In this document: piece by piece, positions 36,541-51,000 of the stretch | How positions within the stretch are numbered: position 1 is the first letter of the stretch | Layout: every line of letters starts with the position of its first letter | Source: Octopus sinensis | Taxonomy: Eukaryota | Assembly (NCBI RefSeq): GCF_006345805.1 | Contig: NC_043004.1 | Location: 89,032,001 to 89,096,000 of the forward strand | Length of the DNA stretch: 64,000 bases | Reading direction: 5' to 3' | Position numbers and translations under genes: made by a program | Notes under the pieces: model-generated | Told to the model about the DNA's origin: nothing | Seen by the model: only the letters and a program-made list of their open reading frames with translations | Databases searched by the model: none

Positions 36541-38898
36541 AATGTGTTAATAATTCTTTATCATTACATAACATATGTTTGAATATATATATATATACAT
36601 TAAAACACATACAAAGGTGTTGTAAAATATGTGGTAATAAATAACTAAAAAAAGTGAGAAGGACAGGGGTACTATAAAATATACCAAGGCAGGTTTCCAG
36701 CTTTTTTAGATTGTCTAAGCAAAAAAGCCTTCATGTAGCTATTTCTGAAACACTGCACCACCAATTTCATAGCTTTTATTGCTGCAGCGAACAACAAAGC
36801 ATAGCTCAAGAATGGCTATATGATCTTTGACTCTTATAACTTGTATGTCTATACAGATCTCATCCAACTACATATTTTTATTTAATTCAGTACCGTTGCT
36901 GAAATAACAAAAGGCAATGGTTCAATGTCATTGCCATTCATTGAGATCTTTGTATTTAATCAACTCATCTATGGCAGTGCTAGCAGGTGAGCAGTATGTG
37001 GCACCCCAACTTGACCTGCTGCCTCACTACATCCTTAATCTTGAAGATAACATACATGCACGTCCACACACATACACACACACGCTGTGCAACAATGACA
37101 AAAACTACAACTTTCCATACAAGATCTTCGGTCTCCTACCACTAGGGGTTTTAGGTTGTTTTGTTTTGGGGTTTTTTTTTTAGAAAAACATGGCAACTTG
37201 TTACTCTCATTTTTATGCCTTACTATATGTATCCCTCAAGCAAGTAGGTACTACCCTTTGTAACACATCTTTCCAATACAGGTTTTTGTTGAAGCCAACC
37301 TATGTACAGAGATTCTTTGTAGTTCACAGCATTAGAAAACACATTATATGGTAATTAACAACTTCATTATTTTTTTATCACTTGTCAAAGTATGAATGTT
37401 TGCTATGTGGGTTCGTTTGATATTGCTAGCTTGATCTTTTTTTAATCTGTCTTTTGACAATTAATTGCATCCATATTATTTTTTCATTGGTTTTCATCTG
37501 AAGGGTGTATGTTTACATTAGCATTACCACTGCTGCTGTGACAAGCACCTCTTCCCACTCCTCTATCATAAAAAGCCATCTCAAATCTCTAGTAAACAGT
37601 ATTTACAAAATATGGAATATAAAAATACTCAGAGACAAACTGTATTTTTTGTTTTCACCCCAAAATAAACAGGGTGGACATAGAACTATTCCAACATATT
37701 CTTACTGGTATAATATTTCAAAAGAAATGGGTTTTTTCATTACATATAAATACGGTAAATCTAAAGACATTTGAAGCAAAGCAGATACATCCACGCTTGC
37801 CAAACCACAAATGTAATAATAATAATAGTAATTTTTTTAATAAGCTAAAAAATTTTTCTTCTGTCAGGAGCTGCAATCAACAGATAGCAAGATAGCATCA
37901 GCAATTTGAAAAATTAATGGAAATATGGTTTCCTTGGCTCAATCAGAAAATCAGCTGCTACCACCACTACTATCAGCTTTGTGTGTGTGCATGACATTTC
38001 AGCTCAAAAAATAATTATCTTTGTTAGATAGGGTGGGGTGGAAGGGGGGGGATAGAATGAAATGGAAATGTTCTCAGTTTCACAGTATGTGAAACTATTC
38101 CAAATGGGAAGTGAAATCAAGACAAAGATTACATTTCTTGAGAATTTGTGATGTTATACATTTATTATGATATTAACGACTTTCTTTTTCTTTTTAAACC
38201 AAGAATCTGGCTTTATCAGCTTTATCTTTGTGCTTTTTCAATAAGTCACCACACTTAGTTGAGGGGCCGTGTCTTCTGAGTTACATGGTGACCTCACTGG
38301 TGCTGGTGCCACATAAAACACCCCCAGTACATTGTGTAAAGTGGTTGACATTAGGATGGGCATCTAACCATAGCAGATGCTGACACTTGGCACAGTCCCC
38401 TGGCTAGTCAGCTCCAGCCAAACTCTCCAACACATGCAAACATGGAACACAGGCATTAAATGATGATGACGATGATCTCAAAGCAGTAATAAAATGTAAG
38501 GAAAGTAAAATTGAATGCCTTGCCCAAGAATGCAATAGAAAATCTGCAGCCAAATACAACTTCCTCATGTACCAACTGGAAGTCCCATACATTACCCACA
38601 CCACTGCTGCTACTCTTAATATTAACGATTTCTTACAGAAGTATGAAAATTTAACATTACAAAAGGAAAATAGACAACTGTAATTAGAAAAGTGAAATGA
38701 TGCCAACTAGATATAATAATCAATTTAAAGCATCATAATCATCATCAGGAGGAGGAGGAGAAGAAGACGAAGAAGAAGAGGAAGAAGAAGCAGCAGCTAA
38801 CAAAGTAGACAGAAGAAAAAAAAAGGAAAATAAAAATAAATTAAAATAAAGCAAAAGAATGAAAATGAACTGCAGAGAAAAATAGAGGAAAGAAAACA

Positions 38899-38934
<36 letters not shown>

Positions 38935-40187
38935 TAATACTAAAAAGACAGTTTTTAAAATTCAAACACTTTAGTTTAGATTTTGAACAACACCTCATAG
39001 AGAGATCAATAAAAAGAGAGATCAAGATTTCTAAACCGACAGAACAGAATTTGAGCTGAGGTTTCAGCTGTCAACAGATAGAATTTTAAACAACTGTCTC
39101 AAATATCTAGTCTTCCATAATTATTGGCATGGCCGAGTCTTCGCAAGAAGTTTATTAATGGTTCATGAAATAAATTTTCTTTTAAAAAAAAAAAACACTG
39201 AGTTAGTAAACAAGAATATATTGCAAAAGCTAAAATGGATGGAAATTGATTTTTTTTCTTCTTCCTTTTTCTTTTCACTCAAATCAATATCAAATTACAT
39301 GCTTCAGTAAACAAATTATTCTTTATTTATTTATTTGTTTATTTATTTTCGTATTTTGTAGACTGCTTTGAATTCAAAAGATCTTGCTTTACCATAAGTA
39401 GAAGGAAACTAGAGTATACCACCAAATCAACTGATGCAAAAGACATCAAGCAGAAATGATCGATAACATTATATAAAAACCAATGATAAAATGTTTATGA
39501 CCTTGGCATTTTGTTGTGCATTTTATTTTTCAAAAAAAAAAATTATAATAATAATAACAATAAAATCAAGACTTTTTCCCTCCTAAAGCAACATTCTAAA
39601 GTAAATATTGATCACAATAATGAAAAAAAAATATAAACCAAATATTAAAAGATGTTTCCCTGATCAATTAAAAAGCAATATAACAAGTGATATATCTGTC
39701 ACCAAGAGAAAAGGAGTAACAAGAATTCTTTTACTATCTAGCATCCTAAATCTTGCATCCCATGAATATGTAAACAGGCAGACAGAGAGAGAGAGAGAGA
39801 GAGAGAGATGTAGAGTGGAAGTGCTTTTTATGTTAATAACAATGATGATAAACTTTGAGGAAACTGAAGTGTTATGGATTTGAATGAATTATTTTGGCAA
39901 GCTTTCAAGAGAGATACTGCCAACATGAAATAAAATATCTTTAGAAGCTAGAAACAATAAATTTAAATCTAGGGCACGTCAAAAGACACAGATGAAGCCA
40001 TATGGTTCTGATTTCAATCTCACTGTGTGATGGACACGTCAGGTGAGTGTTTTCTATGACCAGTGGCTTGAGAGCAGAACCTGGTAGAAAAGAACTGCAT
40101 GGAAACTGGTCAGTGTGTGTGTGTAGGTAAAATAGCACAAATGGAATGAGAGGGATAAGAAACAGTTGGACAATATAGGTTACAAGA

Positions 40188-40636
40188 CAGTTCTATATTT
40201 AAGAGATGAGGTATCATTTACATTTGACAGATATTTGTCCTCATCTTGTTTGTTGTTAACATAACGTTTCGGATTATATGCCCTCCAGCCTTCTTCAGGT
40301 GTCTTGGGGAAATTTTGAACCTGGGTATTTTTCGATGTTATTATTATTATTGTTCAGGTTATTACTTGGAATCGAACTCAGAATCTTGGGGTTAGTAGCC
40401 CACGCTCTTAACCACTACACTATATGCCAGTGGCGTAGTGGTTAAGAGTGCGGGCTACTAACCCCAAGATTCCAAGTTCGATTCCAAGCAGTGACCTGAA
40501 CAATAACAACAACAACAACAATAATAATAAATACCTTAGGAATGAGAACCCAGATTCAAAATTTCCCCAAGACACCTGATGAAGGCTGGAGGGTATATCA
40601 GCCGAAACGTGTTAACAACAAACATTGAATGTAAAT
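40188..40636. mobile_element. Head-to-head palindromic tRNA-head/hammerhead-like retroelement, copy 2
   Basis: Same architecture and same left end (cagtYct.t.tttaagagatgagg) as 2041-2531. 14-bp direct repeat aatataggttacaa at 40172-40185 and 40637-40650. Confidence 0.8.
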
Positions 40637-40694
40637 AATATAGGTTACAAAAGGTAGACGAAAAGGAATGAGAAAGGAAATGATAACTGTTTAA

Positions 40695-40915
40695 CCCTTT
40701 GGTGTTTAAGCCGGCCATATCCGGCCCAAATACTCTACATGTTTTACATTCAAACTGGCCATATCTAGCCCCAAACACCTAACCTACATTGACATTCTAA
40801 GAATAAACTATCACACCATTGAAACTTCAAAGCTGTAAGATAATGTATGATTAATTCAAAACAATTTGAGTGAAAAAAGTATTACATTTAACAGAGTAAT
40901 CTGAACACTAAAGGG
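40695..40915. mobile_element. piggyBac-like MITE (inverted relative to 11481-11700)
   Basis: TTAA-ccctttggtg...cactaaaggg-TTAA. Confidence 0.8.
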
Positions 40916-41024
40916 TTAAAGCATGTATATTGAAGAATATTTATGTGGGCGTGTATACATTAAACAGATGCATATACACACAAATACATTATACAAACAC
41001 ACACACACACACACCTATCTTATC

Positions 41025-42450
41025 TTTTACTTGGTTGCTTCAGTCATTTGACAGCGGCCATGCTGGAGCACGACCTTGAAAGGTTTTAGACAAACAAATG
41101 AACCCCAGGACTTATTTTTTTAAGCCTGGTATTTATTCTATCAGTTCTTTTTGCCAGACCACTAGGTTACAGGGATATAAACACATTTTTTTCTTTTGTT
41201 TTTCTTTTACATGTTTCAGGCATTTGACTGTGGCCATGCTGGAGCACTACCTTAAAGAGTTTTTTTTTTTTTAGTTGAAGAAATCAACCCCAGGACTTAT
41301 TATTTGTAAGCCTAGTACTTATTCTATTGGTCTTTTCTGCCAAACTGCTAAGTTATATGGACATAAACACACCAACATTGGTTGTCAGGTGACTGGGGGG
41401 AGGAGGGGAAACACAGATACAAAGACACACACACATAAATATATACACACATAATATATCTATATACACATAACTCTGTGTAACTCCGAATTCTTTTCTC
41501 CCACATTTGCAAAACCAGACATTAGTGTGTATATGTGTCAATGTTTGCACATACCAATGTAGAATGGTTCCAAGTTGAATCCCACCATAACAAAAGATAT
41601 CAGCCATTCCACAAATATAGATCACTAAATCAGATAACAGACTGAAATAAGGACTAAGGCTGATATCATTCTTTTTTTTTTATCCTTTTTTACTCGTTTC
41701 AGTCAGTGGACAGAGACCATGCTGGGGCACCGTCTTGAAGGGTTACAACCGCAGTGTTCATTTCTTTTTTATTTTGGTACTTATTCTATCACTTTTATGC
41801 CAAACCAGTAAATCACAGGAATGGAAACAAACCAACACCAGTCATCAAGCAGTGTCATGGAATAAACATAGATACAAAAACACACAGACATATATATATA
41901 GAATACATACATATGTGTTCTATTATTCTATTACTTGTTTCAGCCATTTAACTGCAGTCATACCAGGGCACTACCTTGAAGGATTTTAGTCAAAACAAAT
42001 CGACCCCAGGACTTTATTTTTAAGCCTAGTACTTACCCTATCAGCGTTTTTTGCTGAACCGCTAAGTTATGGCGATGTAAACACACCAACACTGTTTGTC
42101 AAGTGGTGATGGGGGACAGACAAAGACTCCTTTTCAACCTTCTATATACACATATATATATATATATATGCTGGGCTTCTTTTCAGTTTCCTTCAACCAA
42201 ATCCACTCACAAGGCTTTGTTCGACTCAAAGCTATAGTAGAAAATACTTGCCCAGGGTGCCACGAAGTGGGACTGAACCCTGAACCATATAAGGTTGAGA
42301 AGCAAGCTTCAGTGGGCTTCCACACAAGGAATTATCAGCCCACAGCTTTCACAGAAAACACTTGCCAAAGCTGCTGTGCAATAGGACTGAACTTGAAACC
42401 ACATAGTTGCAAAGCAAGCTTCTTAACCATGCAGCTATGCCTGATTGATT
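41025..42450 (-). mobile_element. Pile-up of at least four SINE family B copies
   Basis: 3' ends (tttac..gtttcagtcatttgactgcggccatgctggagcac) at ~41026, ~41206, ~41688 and ~41930, all in the same orientation. Confidence 0.75.
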
Positions 42451-45239
42451 AAAATCAGAAGTGAAATATAAAACTTGAAGGTAAGAGTCTTGGCACTGCC
42501 ATATTTAGATCACTGAAACCAATAAAAAAAATTAAAGAATATTTAAGAGAGCCAACACATTTGATTTATTGTTTACCGCCCTCAACATATTCCTTAAATT
42601 AGAGCCACCATATTTTCAAGTCCAAAATCCTAGGTAACCTCACTCAACAATACAGACAAGAGAGCCATAGCTAGAAACATCCACCAGTTTTGATTCCATT
42701 TGACTGGCTATCATAGATTTATTCAAGCAGACCTGATTGGGACAATCCAACAACAAACAACCAAGACTAGACTAAAAATACATCAATATTTTCTATTCTC
42801 TTTTAATATCTATTTTTGAATAGCTTATAACTGCTCAAGGATATCTATAAATTCTCTAAAAATACTGAACATTGTTTGCCTTCTAGAAGAAAAAATAATC
42901 AATAAAACTAAAATGTAGATAAATAAATTGAAATAATTAGGAATTCAAAAATATCAAAAGTTGCTTTTAGGAGTGCAAACTTAAATGAACCTAAACAAAT
43001 GTTAAGAAATTACACAAATCCAGATATCCCTACTACAGTAATGATGATAACTGCATGAGGAGATGTTAGTAGATGGCTGCTAGAGAAAAGATGATTAAAA
43101 TGGTATGACTGTATCATGGTGAGAAATCATTATCATCATCAATTCATTCTCTATTTTATCACACAAGCATGGATCAGACAGATTTTTTTATGGTCAGAAG
43201 CCCGTCCAATTGCCAACCCTTACTTGTTTCTAAGGCCTGACATGTTTTCATGGAAGACTGGAAATAACAAACACCACTTGTATGATAGTAACACTCATTT
43301 AATGAATGCCACCTCTGTCCAGAACTGAAGTATAATGTGGTTGCAAAAAGGAAATTCAGGCTTTAGGATGCAGTCTTAACTTATGAGAAGTTACTGAAAT
43401 CTAGCATTTGTGGAGGTTTTTGCTGCTGGGTGATGCAAGACAATAGGAAGAATGTGTATGTTGTCTTGATAAGTACAGTGACTGTATCTTTGTACAGTTG
43501 AATAAATTTATGTCGTTATGTTTCTGTTGTTTTCAAGATGTCTGTCATCAGAAGCTTTGTGTCCCTTTAGGGTACTGACATCTCTCATTTTGGTTATAAA
43601 CCTAGAAATTCAGTCTAAATATAGAGACAGAGAGGCATGCTTGACAACAAACTTCTCGCAAAAATTATAGAAACAACACACAGTGTGTGTGAATTCATAA
43701 AAACAAAGTTAAAAGTATATGGCACTAAATACCAAAGTTAAACCCTTTTGATAAAAAATTTCTGTTGTAATAAACTGCTTCTGCTTCAATTATTTATGAA
43801 AATAACGAAGAATTTAGTAAAATAACTTTATCGTTAAGTTGTTTGGAACAAAAATTATCATGCAATTTTGACGGAAGGTTTTAGCTTAGATTATTTTTAA
43901 AACAAAAAGTTTGTATTCTAGAATCAGGGAACAGTCTCAGGTGGATTAGTATCAAGAGAGTTAAAGACTAGATTTTTCTAAACAAGTATAGTAATGGTCA
44001 GACACATTACATAGAACAGATTAATGCAAACAAGCCCTCTTTAAGAGTACAAATATCAAAAATCTGTTGTTAACACCAGTCTACTTTGCACTCTTTTTCT
44101 TTTGCTTAACAAAGCAACTTAATGTATTAAAACACTACAACATGATGCTGAATAGACAAGAGAGAAATAATGATAGTATCATGGGCTCTAATTAACAATA
44201 TATCTCACTGTCCTACTTATCCTCTTAAACAAGACAAGGCAGAATTGGGATTTATTTGCATAAGAAAACATCTTTGTAATTACAGTGTTATCTAAACTTT
44301 ATACAACAACATGAAACTAAGAACAAGGTCTGGGTAATAAATGAGTAATTGATACAAAACAAACATGTAACGGAAGAAGCCGTCATTAAATGTGTGCAAC
44401 TAGATTAGTAAAACAACTTATTGAATTGTTACAAAACACAAGAGGATTACAACGAAGATTTCTGCAATCGACCTCACACAAAGGCATATAACAGCAATCA
44501 AATAACTTAGCTGTTACATACTATACTGCACTAATATCTGTGATTATAAATGTGTTGTAAAAATACAATAACTAAACAAATCAAAAGAATGTTAAACTTT
44601 CCCTCCTCCTCCATCGCTGCCCTCCATACGTGAATTATGCTAATTTGAATGAAAAAAGTTTGAGTGGAGAGTTTTATATTATGTAATAACAATTACTAAT
44701 GAAAAAAAAACGACTAAGTATTAAGGAGTGATTTGTGTGATTCGATTACCAAGAACTTTTTCTCTAATTCGGCAGCTAGCGTTTGTCTGCTTTCGATCAC
44801 ACTTATACAACTGACAGAATATATCCTGAATAAAGTATTTATGTTGGCTTTCTCAGTAAAAGGTTTTTTAATATAAACACAATCGTTTAGTTTTGTATAG
44901 AAAGTTGTTTTGTTTTGAATTTTTTTTTTTCTTTAAATTGATCTAATTCAAAGTTTCCAATTGGAATCAACCTATCAAGCTAAGGTCATACTTGAAGAGG
45001 GGGAAGTGCTATAGCATCACCAGTTTCCAATCTAATTCCAATAGCAATTAGATAAATGATTCTAACTCGCAGTCAATAACAGACAATGATGCTTTTATGA
45101 GAAATATTCATGAATTGATAACACAATTATTTGATTTTTAAGTATGCAAGTGAGCATGTCAGTTGTTACAAATACGTATCCTAGTTATACACATAAACTC
45201 CTATGCATGTACACACACACACACAGAGAACAAATGAGT

Positions 45240-45830
45240 TTTACCTCTGAATCATCCAAAATGGATCATTACTGGCTGAAACCATTCTCTTTGGTATGAC
45301 CTACTAACACACCCAATCCCAAAACAGCCAAACACTGTAAGTCAAATCTCTCGAGTGATCCATTTGGAGCTGCATTGCTGCTGTGCAAAAGAATAACTAC
45401 CAACAACATCTGGAATAAATGTCCCAAAGTTGTTAAATGGGAGGCATACGTCTGCCACAGCACATGTTAGATGGCTACTACAAAAGCAAAAGCTTTTGTA
45501 GGTATACTGCATACACACTCTGAATTGCAGCTGAGCTCTCCACAAATTTTACAGAATCCACACTTTTGTCCTTAACATGATAGATCTGTGAGCAATACAG
45601 TATTCATAGCAATAAATCCCACATCTGATATCTGCTTTAGCACCACGACCCACCAATTCCAATCTGTTCTTAACAACAAAACACATCTTAAACATCCCTC
45701 TATGGATCTCAAATAAGTGTAAAAGCTTCTCCAGGTACTTCAGCCCTAACAGTGTTCCTTATACTACACTCAAGCAATGTGATCCAAACCTGGCCCTCTA
45801 TACTCACTAAGCTCTTTATTCCACCATCAC

Positions 45831-45922
<92 letters not shown>

Positions 45923-46745
45923 TAATTATCTGGTGCTTAGTGTTTAGGGTGTTTGACTAATGATTGTCAGATTATGGTTTTGATTCTTGGACTGGGCAAC
46001 ATGTGTTCTTGAGCAAAACACTTCATCTCACATTGCACCATTCTACTCAGCTACCAAAATCGAGTGAACCTGCAATGGACCAACATCCCATCTAGGTGGG
46101 GAATACATACACCATGGAAACCAGGAAACCAGCCCTATGAACCTATGTGGCTTGGGAAGGAATTTATGTAAATGCAACAGTATGTCTAATTCCCCACCCC
46201 CTACCCCACCCCACCCCTCAAAAGAACAACTTACCACCCTATCCCATTGCCCTTGCTTCAAACATCTCAAACATGACGGTAACAGATGAAAACAGCTTTC
46301 TCTATATCTTCAAATATCTTCTCATCCTGAATACCATCAATAGTTTCTATAGAACCAGATTTACTGGAAATCTGCCATCCAATGTCACACACTAAAAGTC
46401 TTGAAACTTCAAAGAAAGCAACGTTGTTGCCCTTGACATGAAAGCCATTAAGCATGAATGGCACAAGATTCTCCGCCCACTTCTTATCTAATGCTGGTTG
46501 GAAGTGCCTTGTTAGACAGCTACTTCCAGCCAAATACAACTCTTATGATTCCACCCTTTATGTTTCAATAACAACTTCAGTGATAGAAGATAAGGTAGTT
46601 CTGTAAAGCTGCTCACTATACCATGTAATACACCTAGAGTACATTAGAGTACTGCAAACAAAAGCTGCTGTACACAACATTCTTGATTGTATAGAAGACA
46701 ATTTTAGACTGCATAGAGAGAAAGAGTAACAAGTTTTCACTCACC
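45240..46745 (-). mobile_element. Old degenerate RTE ORF2 (endonuclease and RT remnants), interrupted by a microsatellite and a SINE
   Basis: Peptides at 46740-46267 resemble an RTE apurinic endonuclease. 45830-45240 includes an LEKxF motif and DVVGSYSF..QQCSSKW (resembling the RTE GVGSNSI..C..W region). Many stops and frameshifts. Confidence 0.55.
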
Positions 46746-47661
46746 AACATACAACATAATATGCTAACATATGACTTACATACTGCGAACACAGACACAG
46801 CGTATAAACCAACAGGGGAGCCTCTACATGGTAACTCAGTCTGCTAGAAATAGCAACCAAATCTCTAATCACACCCTACCTTCTTAAAAAAAAGGGCATG
46901 GTGAATATACTTGATCAGAGGTGCCATGGAGCTATAAACAACAACAGACATCAACTGACACACACTATCTCATTTATTATTACTTCATCAATTCCTCTTC
47001 TGATGAACTAAAAAACTTCCCCATTCTCCGTTCATCGTCTTAGTGTATCTCATCCTCAGAAACTCACACTAAAAACCTTATCCAAACCTTTATCCCTTCC
47101 TGCCCATAACAACCCCACAAGCATCAACTTTCAGAAATTCAGACTGAACATCTTTGCTATTTTCAAACTTTAATTTTCTCTTTCCTATAACATAAAACCT
47201 TTCGCAGTTAAGATGGCTTGTCACAAACAGCTGCAACTGAGAATATCTACAGCAATTAATCAACCAAGAAGTAACCAATAAACTCAACAAGTCAGTATGA
47301 TCTAAGTGACTAGTTGTCTCAGTATGCTCCCAATAACCAATTCAATTAGATCCCAACAAGTGAATTCTTATCAGGAATACTAGCCTTGTTGAATCACAAG
47401 TTTTCATTCTGCTGTAGACATTATTTTATGTTGTTAGCAAGGTAATTAACTTTATTTACTTTATTATTTGTTGCAGAAAATAATTAAGCATTGAATTTAT
47501 AATAAAATAGTCCTACAATTCACTATCATCATCATCATAATTTTTTAATGCCCATTTTCCATACCAGCTTAGGTTGAATGGTTTGACCAGAGCTGGCAAG
47601 CAGGAGCGCTGCACCAGATCTAGTTAAACCATCCAACCCAGTGAAAAAAAGTGAAGAAACT

Positions 47662-48079
47662 GGATCTTTTCGGTTTGAACGGCAGTTTTTTAAAATAATT
47701 TCCACGTAACTAAACACTTTTAAACTTCATATACTGGTAGAATGTGTTTATAAAACATCTTTTTCTCTTGGCCTTATTGAGAAAATTCTATAGTTTGTAA
47801 GATATTTGTTGTTTTTTTCCTTCAACTTCTGCAATTTCAACCAATCAATGACGTCTATTGAGGTGAAAACATTCTGTGCCGTATGAATATGTCCCTCGTT
47901 TAAGAAACAGATTGGGGTTATTTACATTTCTGAAGAAAAAAAAGATACCCTTCCCCCCACCCCTAACCCTAACCCTAAAACAGATTGAAATGCAATAGAT
48001 CAATACTAGGGTCATAATTATGGGTGACAATTTCATATGACACCGCTAGAAAAAACTGCCGTTCAAACCAAAAAGATCC
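47662..48079. mobile_element. Merlin-like MITE (418 bp) containing (CCCTAA)3
   Basis: 30-bp TIRs GGATCTTTTCGGTTTGAACGGCAGTTTTTT (1 mismatch) and 8-bp TSD aagaaact (47654-47661, 48080-48087). 5'-GG ends with an 8-bp TSD fit Merlin/IS1016. Confidence 0.8.
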
Positions 48080-51000
48080 AAGAAACTCTGCACTCTTTTA
48101 AGTTAATAAGTCAGTGCAGGTTAAGACAAGATTAGCATTTATTAATGTTACATAACCTAACAGATCTTTGTAAATTCATTGAAGATTTATGTGCAGTAAT
48201 TCGAGAAAATACACTATAGTAATTTTTCTATTGTCTTTATCAGATTCTTAAGCCTTTTGTTATATTTCTAATGAAATATATTGTCCATATGTTTCAATTA
48301 CTATTTTTTTAAATAATCAAAAATTAGGAAGGGCTTAATAAAATAACTGACTGCACTAATATTAAGCTGATGTTTAAAGCACAAAGTAACAAAATGTTCT
48401 AATAAAAGATTTATCATCATCATTGTTTTAATGTCCCATGCTTGCCATGGGTCAGAGAGAATTTGTTGAAGTGAATTTTCAACAGCCAGATGCCCTTCCT
48501 GTCACCAACCTTCTATCTACCAAATTCGCTCACAAGGCTTTGGTCAGTTCAAGGCTAAAGTAGAAGACATTTGACCAAGGTGCCACACAGTGGGACTGAA
48601 CCTGGAACCATGTAGTTGGGAAGCAAGCTTCTTACCACACAGCCAGATTTTTTTTGTTTTGTTGTTTTTGTGATTTTCTGTTAATGCTTAAGTACACAGC
48701 AACATCACTTTTGAGATGAACTGTTCCTTTGCAGTACATAATATTTATTAATAACTAAAAGGACAGCAGTTAAATGCTACTAATCTTTTATCAAATATAC
48801 CAACTATTCGTCTCAGTTGACATACTGTCAACAACATAAGATGCACCTTAACATTTGATGCTAAAACTAAATCTAATTCTTAATTAACCTAAGTTCCTTT
48901 TCATTTATACTTGTCATTTGGTAATTAATTCTACAATTAATTATTATATCCATCATCATCATCATCTAATATAATAAATGTAGAGAATATCTGACTTCAT
49001 ATGATTACTTTACACCTGATTATTCATGCGAGGATTAGTGAATGAAGTATCCTACATTTGGACGTTCACATATTGAAACAAGCATCTTAATGGCTGAATG
49101 ACTTTATTACTGCTAACCACTAATCCGTGACGTCATTATCATAATCATTTGGCATCTGCTTTCCATGCTGGCATGGTTTGGACAGTTTGACATGGAGCTG
49201 GCTAGCAAAGCTGTTCAGACTGATTGTCTGTTGAGGCATGGTTTCTACAGCGGGATGTCCTTCCTAATGCCAACCACTTAACAGAGTGTACTGGGTGCTT
49301 TTTACGTGCCACAACTATTTTTTAGTTAGATCAAGAAGAGTAACAATGGGTGAAGCAAAGTTTTAGCTGGTGAACATACATACAAAGAAGATCAATTCTA
49401 AGTCAAATTCTTTTTGAATACAGAAATTCTGGACACTGGAATAGCAGAAATAACCATGTGGTTAAGAAGTTTGTTTCACAATCATGTAATTTTGAGTTCA
49501 ATCTCACCATGAAGCACATGAACCAAATGTCTTCTGCCATAACCTGAGGTCAGCCCAAACTTTGTGAGTGGAACTAAATAGCAGATTAGATTATAGAAAA
49601 GACACAAGGGCACAGGGTACATATTAGATGTACCCAAATTTTAGCAGCACACAGTCATGGAAAAAATATTTTTAGATCATTAAACCCATTAGCATTTAGA
49701 ATAGCCTGCCAAGCGTAATGCTTATTTATTCACATTGATATGAATTAGACATGCATTACTTTGTAGCTTTGAGATTTCAATGACATGATTCTTTATTTCT
49801 AGAATAACACTATGGGGTAAGTGCAAGATACGAAATCTGGCCAGTTTGAAGATAAAATAGGTAGAGTCTTTCGGCTGGATATGGCCAGCTTAAATGCTTA
49901 AAGGGTGAAAGTATGTGATATTTAAAGCAATCTAGCAGCACATTGCAAAACATTACAAAAGTACCTTAAATATAGCAGAAAACATTACTGTATATAATAA
50001 GTAAATATTACTATTAAGGAATCAGACTACATAGAAAAGACTGTCTGGATAAAAATTATCCTACAAAGTGAGTATCAGGGATAAAATTACTATATAAGAG
50101 ACCAACTTTGCATATAGGACTCAGGATGATTTTCTGAAACATTTCTTTATTTTTTTTTGGGGGGGGGGGGGTGCCTCTTATATACCATCAAATATGGTAT
50201 ATAGAAACACTATACAGAAGCCCAGAAGATGGAATTAAATTATTCATGAGTGGTAAATTTGTCTCTTAGTTTAACACAACCACTTTCTCATTGGATGTCT
50301 TCTTTTGCGTAGTTCTCTTTGCTGCAAGTCTATAGAGCAATGGAGCAACAGAAATACCGACAGAATAAATTTATCCTAGACAACATATCAGTATGGTATT
50401 TAGAGCAGTTATGTAGGTGAAAGTTTAAAACTGCTAAATTTAATTTCCACCCTTGTGACATAAAGCAAAATATTTTCTTTTATAATTGCCACTTTTGTGA
50501 ATGACTGCAATATTGAGAGAGAGGGGGGGAGGGGCACAATGATTCTGATCATCCTGATTACTTGGTATGTTGACTGGATTAAATAGTAAGTTGGCTAGTC
50601 TAATATTATTATGAAAGATGAGAAGTTAAACAATGGAAAATAACTTGTATCATATGAAAAAAAAAATATAAAAAAAACATTAATCAAAATAATATCCCTC
50701 CCAGTCTAAATAAATATTAAATCTATCCTAATTATATGGGGAAGTTGGTGAGTTTAGATAAGATTGTATGCCAAGAGAAGAGGAGGTACTGACATTTAGT
50801 GAGTCCACTTATATCTGAGAGAGCAGAAAAAATCTCTTTCTGTTTTATAATTTACATATGTATTTTGTAGGTATAGCTGTTTGGTTGAGAAGTTTGTTTC
50901 ACAAACATGTTGTGGTTTCATATTCATATTGGGCAAGTGTCTTCTACTGTAGCCTGAGGCCAACTGAAGCTTTGTGAATGGGTTTGGTCGACGGAAACTG

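Noticed and set aside
45240-46745. Possible host-enzyme pseudogene
   Set aside because: The fragments fit RTE endonuclease and RT segments in the correct order better than any cellular gene.
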